Below are positions 55,780-64,000 of a stretch of DNA of 64,000 nt, one piece after another. The notes beneath the pieces are model-generated. The model was given only the letters and a program-made list of their open reading frames with translations. It did not search any database and was not told where the DNA came from. Each line of letters begins with the position of its first letter. Positions within the stretch are counted from its first letter, which is position 1. The stretch is from a virus. Position numbers and translations under genes: made by a program. The stretch spans positions 30,000 through 93,999 of IMG/VR virus record IMGVR_UViG_3300020202_000064; one strand, given 5' to 3'.

Positions 55780-56432
55780 TTCTTATAAGCCCCCGCTAAA
55801 CCTGCCGCAAAACCCCAACCTTCAAACTTATCCGTGGCGTCTCGTACAAATTCATTAAGTACGCGCTTCAATTCTTCAAATCCGCCGTTCGGGTCATCTG
55901 GATGTGGGTAGTCGTGGAAAAGCATCGGTGCTCCCTTTTTCAACTTTGGATACCATGCAAGAATATCCGATTTAACATTCTCATAATCATGTGCCGCGTC
56001 AATGAAAGCAGCATCCAGCGATTCATCAGCGTAGTCCTTCGCTGCCTCTACAGATGGCATCTGAACAATGGTTACATTATCCTGATACCCATGGTTGAAA
56101 ATATTAAACTCAAACTCTTCACGCGTCGAAGCACCTTTGAGGGTTTCTTGATGTTCGGCGGAACCGGTAAAAATATCAACCACATCCAAATGAAATCGGG
56201 TTAGGTCTGCACCACTGAGCAATGTAAGCGACGTTCGTCCTTTCCAAGCGCCAACCTCTACCATTCTTCCGCGAATCTTGCCAGCCATATCCCACATGAT
56301 AGGAATTTGTGCATTGCACAGCCATCCATCTATTTGGGTGATTTCTTGAATTAATTTCTGAATGAACTCAGGTCTGTAAAGATTGAGAGCGCGAACAGAG
56401 CACGCAAAAGGGCCAAGAGGATATTTACTCAT
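55776..56432 (-). CDS. class I SAM methyltransferase (Methyltransf_24-like)
   Basis: VEVGAWKGRT, FIDAAHDY, FHDY. Confidence 0.88.
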   Translation of the reverse strand: MSKYPLGPFACSVRALNLYRPEFIQKLIQEITQIDGWLCNAQIPIMWDMAGKIRGRMVEVGAWKGRTSLTLLSGADLTRFHLDVVDIFTGSAEHQETLKGASTREEFEFNIFNHGYQDNVTIVQMPSVEAAKDYADESLDAAFIDAAHDYENVKSDILAWYPKLKKGAPMLFHDYPHPDDPNGGFEELKRVLNEFVRDATDKFEGWGFAAGLAGAYKK

Positions 56433-56464
56433 TGATTAATGAATCTTATAAGTTGTTAAACATG

Positions 56465-57208
56465 TCAATACTCTTTTAATGGGTCGAATTCCTGACTTCC
56501 AATATGGATATGGCGCAATTTATCCAAATGAAAACAGGCGAATGGAACCCCGTCCCCGGAAATCGCTCGTAAAACTTCAGTTGCATATCGCTCAATATGA
56601 ATCCCTTGCACGGTTGGAAAATTATTTTTAAAAAACGAACCGAGTGTCCAAGCGTCGCGAGAACGCATCACGTTAGCGCGGAAGCTAAAACAGTCAAGAT
56701 GTGGGAAGATTAAATCATCACCCTTGTCCGAAATAAGAAGAGAAGGGAGTATGTCTTCCCGGTCGAGTACCCGAACGCACATTTTTTCCGGATGCTTATC
56801 CAGATAATCCATAGCTTGAACAATTCGAGCTTTCACGTGTTCAAAACCCTCTGGCGCTTTTAGAATAACATCATCCTCAATCCAGAATACATACGGGTTG
56901 GATTGAACCTGACTAGATTGCATCAGTCTACATATATCTTTAGAATGTTCTACATAGTGACTATTATCATTATGCTTCCATTGACCTTCATTCTCAATTA
57001 CATCGAAACTATGTTGCCGAAAGAACCCGTTCATGGCGACTCTTTTATATGCATCCTTTGTACCTTCATACTTAATATGGGCTACCATCTTACGAAAGAA
57101 GGGTGGATGTTTTATAGTTTCTAGATACTTGACTGTTGTAGGATAGGTATCCTTGTCGTAATGTCCCTTTGTAGAGGTAAACATTGCTAATGTAATAGGC
57201 AAACTCAT
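56465..57208 (-). CDS. putative GT-A glycosyltransferase
   Basis: YVFWIEDD; HIG near the C-terminus. Confidence 0.6.
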   Translation of the reverse strand: MSLPITLAMFTSTKGHYDKDTYPTTVKYLETIKHPPFFRKMVAHIKYEGTKDAYKRVAMNGFFRQHSFDVIENEGQWKHNDNSHYVEHSKDICRLMQSSQVQSNPYVFWIEDDVILKAPEGFEHVKARIVQAMDYLDKHPEKMCVRVLDREDILPSLLISDKGDDLIFPHLDCFSFRANVMRSRDAWTLGSFFKNNFPTVQGIHIERYATEVLRAISGDGVPFACFHLDKLRHIHIGSQEFDPLKEY

Positions 57209-58086
57209 ATTTTCACCAAATCCTTCCAATCGTGGTTATCCTTGAATTGTCTATCGCCAACCACATGAAAACGATAAAAGTCATTCAATATCTTCTCAGT
57301 GTTAAAGTGACGACGAATATTTGGGTCCATATCATCTGGCTTAGTCTTCAAAATATACTCTTTCAAAGCTTGTACCGTATTGGAAATACCCGCCTCCCGG
57401 AGACAACGCTTGAAGTCTAAGCGCTGTGCATCACGTTTTTGGAAGTTTTCCGATATATTCTGACCACGGTTCTCAATGCCAAGCAAACAGTGATTCGCGC
57501 CCCACGGGTATAGGTAATATTTTACGTAATGGTCTACGAAATGGTATGGGTCTGGCCGCTTGATTGGGCGCACGTTAAACCGCACGTTATTCTCAATTGG
57601 AAAGATTTGAGAAAGTTCAACCCCCGCACCCTTACCATCAAGTCGCTTTAATCCCTCGTGTGGATTGCCGAAGTATTGAAGGCTCTCATGAAATTCAAAT
57701 AAGAACGGCTTGTTATAATAAAAGATGATGTTAGCGCCCTGCTGCTGGAAGAAGTCCGCGTGTGCTCGCGCGTCTTTTGCAAACTCTGGATTCAACCGTT
57801 CCAGCACATCTATTTGTAAACACCAATCACCCTCCTTAATTGGGCCGCAATAAAGATAATGATTTCGACTGAAATCGTGTCGGCGGCAAAACGGAAGATA
57901 GATTATCTGTCCGGCGCCTTTGACTGATTCCAAATATTCAGCTTCATCATCAAAATCTCGACCATGATATACCGCCACAATACCATCGAAGTATTGCTTG
58001 ATTGGTTCGACCAATTCTTTCAAGTCTTCTAGAGAGCCGGGACCGGCCATAAACACCAACCAAAACTTTTTATTTATGATTTCCAT
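57205..58086 (-). CDS. putative GT-A glycosyltransferase
   Basis: HDFSRN, LQIDVLE, PHE. Confidence 0.6.
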   Translation of the reverse strand: MEIINKKFWLVFMAGPGSLEDLKELVEPIKQYFDGIVAVYHGRDFDDEAEYLESVKGAGQIIYLPFCRRHDFSRNHYLYCGPIKEGDWCLQIDVLERLNPEFAKDARAHADFFQQQGANIIFYYNKPFLFEFHESLQYFGNPHEGLKRLDGKGAGVELSQIFPIENNVRFNVRPIKRPDPYHFVDHYVKYYLYPWGANHCLLGIENRGQNISENFQKRDAQRLDFKRCLREAGISNTVQALKEYILKTKPDDMDPNIRRHFNTEKILNDFYRFHVVGDRQFKDNHDWKDLVKI

Positions 58087-58280
58087 GTATTTGTTAAATT
58101 CCTATTTTCTAACCATCTGTCCAGCCAAAATTCAAAATCCTTATCCTCTAGATAGAACACGGGTGGTGAATCACTCGGAATAATATTAAGTATAAGTTGG
58201 TTGAAACGAAGGTCTGGCGCAGCCGCCCAAGCCGTTTCAATTTTATTTAAAATTCGTTTAATTCGAAGTGGATTTCTCAT
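58074..58280 (-). CDS. hypothetical protein
   Basis: MRNPLRIKRIL...PDLRFNQ..., a common phage small-protein pattern. Confidence 0.65.
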   Translation of the reverse strand: MRNPLRIKRILNKIETAWAAAPDLRFNQLILNIIPSDSPPVFYLEDKDFEFWLDRWLENRNLTNTWKS

Positions 58281-58281
58281 T

Positions 58282-58737
58282 TTATTTTTTTTTCGGCAAG
58301 TAACCATTGTACCAGTTTCCACCCCAACCCTGTTTACAAACGTAAATCAATTCACATTTCCATCGCAAAGGAACTCCACCATCTTTCTCATCGCCATAAA
58401 ACTTCCTACCGGGCCTACCCATGTTTGGGTCGAATATAGTCATTCCAAAATCATCCTTGCGCACAATTATGTAATGTCCACCACCTTCAAAATTCAATGA
58501 TGGAACCGAGGCTAGATAATGACCATTGAATACAAAATACTCAAATAGAAGTGCGTTCCACCAGAACCTACATTTATTAAGTGCGTTGTATACGTCATAC
58601 GAACTCATTGGAATATCACCAAATACAGAAATAAAATCCTGTACTGGGACACCAAGTAACATCGCCAAGCATGTTTGACCACACGTATTATTATCTGGTT
58701 GTTGCTGGTGAATTATTTCGAATTTGTCGTTTTCCAT
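58282..58737 (-). CDS. C39-like peptidase domain protein
   Basis: QQPDNNTCGQTCLAM...HYII...FDP. Confidence 0.75.
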   Translation of the reverse strand: MENDKFEIIHQQQPDNNTCGQTCLAMLLGVPVQDFISVFGDIPMSSYDVYNALNKCRFWWNALLFEYFVFNGHYLASVPSLNFEGGGHYIIVRKDDFGMTIFDPNMGRPGRKFYGDEKDGGVPLRWKCELIYVCKQGWGGNWYNGYLPKKK

Positions 58738-59507
58738 AATGGTAGTCCATGCGCTTTTGTCGCGCGTTTCAATAACTCTTCTTCAGAAGTAACATGTTTA
58801 TTTGGGTCGCCTCCCGTAGCTTCTTCCCAAAATTTCTTCCACCACGTTGCGCGGGAAGCGCGGTCCTTCAAATTAAGATACCCTAAGTGCATCGTATATG
58901 GCATACCCTGTTCTGCATAAGCTCGTAACGAATCAATAGTTAAATTATCAAGCAGGGATACAGTGGGTACAAGTGCGCCATTTTTATCGATAAGTTCATC
59001 CGTACTCGTCTTGTTATAGTCAGGTCTACCGTCAGACTTAAGACCAAATCGAACCGCACCGCGATATAATCCACGTTTATGAATATACCACTTACGACCA
59101 ATGTTTACAAAATTATTCGGGTCGCCATACAAATCAATGGTTGGAACGAAGAAAGCCTGAAAACTTCCATCCAACAAATGCTGACCGAGAATATGGAGAA
59201 TTTCCTTATCGCCGCACCAGCGTTCATCCAAATTCTGCTGAATAAGTAAATCGCCAGTACATTGCTGCAATGCATTATTTTCCATTTTACCATAGTAGAA
59301 CGGGTCAGAATGGATAAGTGGCGGCTGAGTTATTAGAATGGGGAAATTTTTCTCTTCCTCCTTAAGAGCATCGAGTGTGCCGTCGTCACTTGGACCAACT
59401 GATATACTTATCTCATCTGCGTATAAAGACCAATTAGCAAGGGCGTCTTTATAATCAAAGCCGTATTTTAATATATTCCAAGCTGTTGTATATATAGAAA
59501 TTTTCAT
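58713..59507 (-). CDS. GT-A glycosyltransferase
   Basis: SDDGT, ALQQCTGD, NLDE, HLGY. Confidence 0.75.
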   Translation of the reverse strand: MKISIYTTAWNILKYGFDYKDALANWSLYADEISISVGPSDDGTLDALKEEEKNFPILITQPPLIHSDPFYYGKMENNALQQCTGDLLIQQNLDERWCGDKEILHILGQHLLDGSFQAFFVPTIDLYGDPNNFVNIGRKWYIHKRGLYRGAVRFGLKSDGRPDYNKTSTDELIDKNGALVPTVSLLDNLTIDSLRAYAEQGMPYTMHLGYLNLKDRASRATWWKKFWEEATGGDPNKHVTSEEELLKRATKAHGLPLWKTTNSK

Positions 59508-59510
59508 AAA

Positions 59511-59861
59511 TTAGTCTATCCACTTTCCAATCGTGCGGAGAAACGCTTCTGCACGCATTGCGGCACTAGCGTGACACTGGAATCCGGCAATTCGATGTGG
59601 TTGTTTTTTGAAATTTAATCTCATTGTCACTTTAGAAAGTTCCATTATATATCGATTAACTAATTTTTCGTCTAATAGTTTTTCGACATCGTGCATGGCG
59701 TTGAGGTCGGCGGTATAAAACGGTAGCATCTGTGCGTTGTCATATGTCCTAAACCTGTCCGGTATATTTGGTGGCCAACCCATACCAGCAAGTGGCGGTA
59801 CGGTGTTGATTGTCCACCCGCACGCCTCCGCAATCGCAATACGTTGTGCTTCGGGTGTCAT
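59511..59861 (-). CDS. hypothetical protein, paralog A of a tandem pair
   Basis: AIAEACGW...YTADLNAMH...RAEAFLRTIGKWID; likely start 59861. Confidence 0.7.
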   Translation of the reverse strand: MTPEAQRIAIAEACGWTINTVPPLAGMGWPPNIPDRFRTYDNAQMLPFYTADLNAMHDVEKLLDEKLVNRYIMELSKVTMRLNFKKQPHRIAGFQCHASAAMRAEAFLRTIGKWID

Positions 59862-60247
59862 TAGTCTATCCACTTGTTAAGGGTTCGAAGGAAGGCTTCG
59901 GCGCGTTGGGCGGCGGTTGCGCGAACAGCACGAACGAATGCCCAGCGATTGAGGTTAATTGAGCCGATAGTGGATTTGTAACCTAAGACAATCTTACAAA
60001 GATGGTCCGCAAAGTCTTCCATTTGTTCGTGGGACTTTATCACGGTTTCCTCCGCCTCGTGCATGGCGTTCAAATCATTTACATAATCTTTAACACCAGT
60101 ACGAATTGTTCCTAAATCATGACCCTGCCAGATTTTCCCACCTTTGGGGTTAAACCAAATGTCCGTAGATTGATTATCCTTATCATCATACAGTGGTTTC
60201 CATCCGGCGGCGAGCGCAATAGTTAAATTTTGATGTTCTGGATTCAT
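59861..60247 (-). CDS. hypothetical protein, paralog B of a tandem pair
   Basis: TIALAAGW...YVNDLNAMH...RAEAFLRTLNKWID. Confidence 0.7.
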   Translation of the reverse strand: MNPEHQNLTIALAAGWKPLYDDKDNQSTDIWFNPKGGKIWQGHDLGTIRTGVKDYVNDLNAMHEAEETVIKSHEQMEDFADHLCKIVLGYKSTIGSINLNRWAFVRAVRATAAQRAEAFLRTLNKWID

Positions 60248-61047
60248 AGATTCAAATTATCCCAACAACTAAACGATAATTTTTTATCGATATATATTTG
60301 GGGAATTTTCCCCACTGGCCATTTTCCAGCAATTGCCAACTCCCATTCTTCGTCCGTATGTTCTGGGAATACATATTTTTCAGTTGGTGCAATTTCCCAA
60401 GTAACAGCTTTCGTATCTGTGCGCATGCGCACGCGCCCGCCCGCGCAGTCGCGAATGGTCCACTTACCAATATCGACCGCCAAAGGGGGATGCCCTGTAA
60501 AATGTAAGTAGCTATTTTCCTTGTAATATTTCTGAATCTGTTCCTCGCGCCAAGGTCCATGGTGATACGGGCCAGCGCCATAGGGTCCGAGAGGAATAGA
60601 GAACTCCATCAGTCGATAGAAATCAGTCTTTATAATATGGGCGCGCTCAGAGTATATGTCTGCGCCAGCGGTTGGTCCGGCTAGCGCCACGGACTTCACG
60701 TTGTCTTGCTCGACCAATAATTTAAGAAACTCGAATTCTTCCTTTTCAAATGCGCGGCCAACTACTTGGTCATTCTGGAAATAAATCGTATATGGCGTGA
60801 ATACAGACGCCATCAAATCCCGCGTTCCAACTCCAAGACCGTTATTTTCCTTAGATTGAATGAATGTGTCAATCAATCCGGCGCGATAAAGTTCATATGC
60901 GTAGTCACTTTTACCATTATGTAGATAAGCTATACGATATGGAAATTTTACCTGATTTCTAATAGAAGAAATGCAGTGTTTAGTTTCCTGTGGTTTCTGG
61001 AAATCCAAAATGGCAAACGTTACCTCTGGCTCTAAATAATCTTTCAT
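60244..61047 (-). CDS. putative GT-A glycosyltransferase
   Basis: LHNG, ENNGLG, YFQND. Confidence 0.62.
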   Translation of the reverse strand: MKDYLEPEVTFAILDFQKPQETKHCISSIRNQVKFPYRIAYLHNGKSDYAYELYRAGLIDTFIQSKENNGLGVGTRDLMASVFTPYTIYFQNDQVVGRAFEKEEFEFLKLLVEQDNVKSVALAGPTAGADIYSERAHIIKTDFYRLMEFSIPLGPYGAGPYHHGPWREEQIQKYYKENSYLHFTGHPPLAVDIGKWTIRDCAGGRVRMRTDTKAVTWEIAPTEKYVFPEHTDEEWELAIAGKWPVGKIPQIYIDKKLSFSCWDNLNL

Positions 61048-61637
61048 GATTTTTGTTTATTTGCTACAACACGAACCAACTCGATAACATCCAAACAATC
61101 TTGAACGGCGGTGTGTGCGGTTTCGGTATTTCTTAGTCCAGCGCGAATTCTACATTCCTTTAAACTTGGCTTAACTTCGTCCTTATCGTAAATTATGAAA
61201 TTTTCTGTCGGGTCAAGAAATCGATGCGAAACACTTTTTCTCAAAAAATTTTGAAATTTCGGCTCGCGGCTCAGAAACGGCACATCGAACGAACCAATAT
61301 TCTTTCCCGCTAGAGTAATTCTTTTGTTTAAACCGAAAACACCCATGTATTCGGACCCAAAGTTTTCACTAACGAATCGCAAGAACTGTGTGATAGCAGA
61401 TGTAAGAGAGTAACGGCAGGAACTTTGCCACTTATTCAATAGACCGGTTTTGAGATGTAATTGTATTGCATCGAAATTTCCGCGCACTTGACCCTCATCA
61501 ATATACATTTCGAATTTTGGCAATTCGTTTAATGGTATTTGATTTGACGTATCATCAATAACGGCGCCGAGTTGTATTATAGAATCTGTCTCTGGATTAA
61601 GGCCAAGAGTTTCGATATCTATTGCTATATATTTCAT
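61044..61637 (-). CDS. DEDDh 3'-5' exonuclease
   Basis: IDIETLGL, AGKNIGSFD, AHTAVQD. Confidence 0.85.
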   Translation of the reverse strand: MKYIAIDIETLGLNPETDSIIQLGAVIDDTSNQIPLNELPKFEMYIDEGQVRGNFDAIQLHLKTGLLNKWQSSCRYSLTSAITQFLRFVSENFGSEYMGVFGLNKRITLAGKNIGSFDVPFLSREPKFQNFLRKSVSHRFLDPTENFIIYDKDEVKPSLKECRIRAGLRNTETAHTAVQDCLDVIELVRVVANKQKS

Positions 61638-62539
61638 GTTGAAAGTTTAAGGATTTTTGAAGCCACCGCTATCCCACTAAATTTTTCTTTATGATGGGCG
61701 AGGTAGTAAGCATGGAGTCTATTCTTAAATTTTTGCTTTGCGTCGTTATCCTGCATAAATTGCGCGATAAACATAGCGACTGAAGATGGGGTTGGGTCAA
61801 CTTCATCGTACTCAGGGAATACATCAGATGGTAATAATTCTTGACGAGTTGTCATATCATTGCAGATAACGGGGATTGACCCCGTAGCCATCGCCTCAAT
61901 TACTGGTAGATTCAAACCCTCAAATTTACCAAGGCACATTACGAAATCGGCGCCATTATAAAATGCATTGAGGTTAGCCTTCTTAACTAGGCCGAAATTT
62001 GTACCCCAATCAATATTTTCATGTCCAATCATCGCGACTTCCTTCGATTCAACGCCGAGAAGGAGTAATGCATGATACCCAATTCCAACGCGCTTATTCG
62101 GGTCGTATTTCCTGCCCGCAAATAGGAAGCGCCACTTCCAATCTAGATTTTCCGGCCTTTCTTCCCACATTCTATAAACTGGCATGATGGGTTGATGAAT
62201 GATTTCGGAATCAAATCCTGTATATTTCACGAGTTCATTTTTTGTGAACTTAGAAATAGAGGTAATGACATGCGCCCCACCTATCTGACGCTTAAGTTTA
62301 TTCTCGTCAAAATGGGGATGAATCGACTTCGGAACATCGAGAACGTTAAAGACGCATTTTCCTAAAGCGCCAGTTTTTTCAATTTTTTCTAAAATTTCGT
62401 CGTACCACCCATTATTAGCATAGATGATATCGGCTTCTTCGATTGTTTCAGTTATCGTATGTCCCAATTCCACAAATCCTTTTTCGATTTGCGGCAACTG
62501 GCACCATTCACATTTTCCTCCGTATGTAAAAATCTTCAT
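61634..62539 (-). CDS. GT4 (GT-B) glycosyltransferase
   Basis: GRKYDPNK, EGLNLPVIEAMATG. Confidence 0.85.
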   Translation of the reverse strand: MKIFTYGGKCEWCQLPQIEKGFVELGHTITETIEEADIIYANNGWYDEILEKIEKTGALGKCVFNVLDVPKSIHPHFDENKLKRQIGGAHVITSISKFTKNELVKYTGFDSEIIHQPIMPVYRMWEERPENLDWKWRFLFAGRKYDPNKRVGIGYHALLLLGVESKEVAMIGHENIDWGTNFGLVKKANLNAFYNGADFVMCLGKFEGLNLPVIEAMATGSIPVICNDMTTRQELLPSDVFPEYDEVDPTPSSVAMFIAQFMQDNDAKQKFKNRLHAYYLAHHKEKFSGIAVASKILKLST

Positions 62540-63106
62540 TTTTATCTAAATCATTCAACCATATGTTTTTGCCGTATGTCCTCTCGGCTATTTCCTACAT
62601 AAATTCTCATATTTTCTATATCCTGCAAGACTTTGTAGTTTTGGTCAACCTCAAAAATATTGCATTTTCTTATAAAAAATGCTTGACACACTCCCAAACT
62701 ATTATATTTATCGAAGCGTAGCGGAGATAAATACCTCCTAACCCAGCGTAGCTTGTGGAATCAAAGACGCAAACGTACCAATGTTGTTTCGGAATACAAC
62801 CCCAAAAGAAAGAGATAACCGAATCCCGCAGGCGAAGCCGAGGAATGCAGGTTTTCCCCCGATAGGGGGAACATAGGATATACGAACCTCGGGGCGCTTA
62901 CATGTTGGGTTGGGCTTAAGGCGAGGTGTATTCAAACATCTTTTCATTTTTCGGTTTCCGCGAGGCCAAAGGCCGAGGTATTTGAACATCAAACAATTGT
63001 GTGGGTTTTTTACAATTTTTTTACAATTAGATATGGACAAATGTCAGATGGTCGAAAGAAATATCCTTGACACATCTAACAATAAGATGAGATTAGATTC
63101 ACTTAT

Positions 63107-63535
63107 ATGACACTTGTAGAAATCAAAAATCAGGTTGTGGAGGTTCTAATCAAGAAGCAAACGTTCGATGTGAACGACTTTGAAAAAATCAAAGTATCAG
63201 AAGATTTGGTAAAAAGCCGCGATTCTCTTATTAGAGAGGCTCTGAAAGACTTAGTTGAAACAAAGTTTGTCCGAGCAGGTAAAGCTGATGGTGATATTGA
63301 ATCTTCAGTGTGGGTTATGGAGTTTCCAGTTGGGTTCCATGGTCAACAGGTGGAAATTGACCTGCAAACCGCCAGCTTAGTAGCAAGTGTTATAAATCGA
63401 TATCGAGAAGCCAATAAGATTGAAGACCAGTATTGTAATGTACTGGCTATAAACCAAGCCGATATACAAAATCTTTGTGGAATAGCACTGGAATTGTTAA
63501 ACGATAGAGAAGAAGTTCAAGAAGAAACTGAATGA
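63107..63535 (+). CDS. hypothetical protein
   Basis: 142 aa; first gene after the strand switch; TTGACA upstream. Confidence 0.7.
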   Translation: MTLVEIKNQVVEVLIKKQTFDVNDFEKIKVSEDLVKSRDSLIREALKDLVETKFVRAGKADGDIESSVWVMEFPVGFHGQQVEIDLQTASLVASVINRYREANKIEDQYCNVLAINQADIQNLCGIALELLNDREEVQEETE

Positions 63536-64000
63536 ATAACGACGCAATTGTAATTGGAATCGCTGGGGTGGCACGCGCTGGTAAGGATACCTTTGCCAGT
63601 CTAATAAAAAAATCAAAAAAGTTTGAAGGAAAGAAAATCCGACAACTTGCTTTTGCCGATGACCTGAAAGCTACGGCGGGAGAATTTCTTAAGGAATACT
63701 GTAACGTACCAGATGTAACCAAACTTACTGGCGACGCCAAGACAGATGTGCGTCCATTTTTGGTGTGGTATGGATGTTACATGAGAAAGCAAAACCCTCT
63801 TCATTGGGTTCAGCCTGTAGCGCAAAAAATTCTTCAGGATTCAGATACCGATGTATTTGTTGTAACGGATATACGTTTCAAGAACGAAGCCGATTGGATT
63901 CATGATATCGGAGGCAAGCTTATCCATGTGAAACGTTTCCAACCAGAGCCATTGCAGGCGTCGGTAGTCCCGCCAGCTAATGAAGAAGAAGCTAAAAACG
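63532..64000 (+). CDS. deoxynucleoside monophosphate kinase (runs off window)
   Basis: Manual translation: MNNDAIVIGIAGVARAGKDT...AFADDLK...RPFLVWYG...VTDIRFKNE. Confidence 0.88.
   Translation, partial: MNNDAIVIGIAGVARAGKDTFASLIKKSKKFEGKKIRQLAFADDLKATAGEFLKEYCNVPDVTKLTGDAKTDVRPFLVWYGCYMRKQNPLHWVQPVAQKILQDSDTDVFVVTDIRFKNEADWIHDIGGKLIHVKRFQPEPLQASVVPPANEEEAKN

Noticed and set aside
27428-62187. Numerous short + strand ORFs antisense to replication and sugar genes
   Set aside because: They are shadow ORFs of well-supported minus-strand genes and have no recognisable motifs.
62738-63040. 100-aa minus-strand ORF in the strand-switch region
   Set aside because: Atypical composition, it overlaps hairpin repeats, and nothing supports it as a gene.
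1-64000. Genome-wide TAG reassignment (code 15), suggested by the CUA tRNA
   Set aside because: Long conserved genes (dnaE, nrdA, dnaB) are uninterrupted in code 11, and some genes end at a plausible TAG (e.g. 7806, 16082). Only one gene shows in-frame TAGs.

Overview
This window is part of a large tailed-phage (jumbo-phage-like) genome, almost entirely coded on the minus strand. (1) 1-6.9 kb: accessory genes, including a NADAR protein, a LemA-like/membrane pair, a stand-alone tape-measure-like domain, a DRB0094-type RNA ligase and a Cys phosphatase. (2) 7-23.6 kb: a ~17 kb RNA operon with 39 tRNA genes covering all 20 amino acids plus an amber (CUA) suppressor, a tmRNA, a compact RNase P RNA, five opposite-strand homing-endonuclease genes and many unannotated structured spacers. 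(3) 25-27 kb: a Ro60/TROVE-like vWA protein (DUF2828-like) and an HNH nuclease. (4) 27.7-46 kb: replication and nucleotide genes (split PHP/exonuclease/DnaE, primase, DnaB, RecA, ThyX, GuaC, NrdAB). (5) 46-62.5 kb: a glycosylation/methylation island, then a strand switch and a dNMP kinase. The main finding is a family of 11 dispersed ncRNA units in the tRNA operon with a co-varying closing stem and a fixed motif (TAAGnnn-NNN-CAGCR...nnnCTTAG). Four of them carry a circularly permuted tRNA module (YrlA-like), and three of those have an internal NCCA. A 12th minimal copy lies 3 nt upstream of the start codon of the Ro60-like gene, suggesting a phage Ro/Y-RNA-like ribonucleoprotein system with autoregulation. 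Also notable: a gene with two in-frame TAG codons sits directly upstream of the amber suppressor tRNA. All calls were made by eye, with no database searches.
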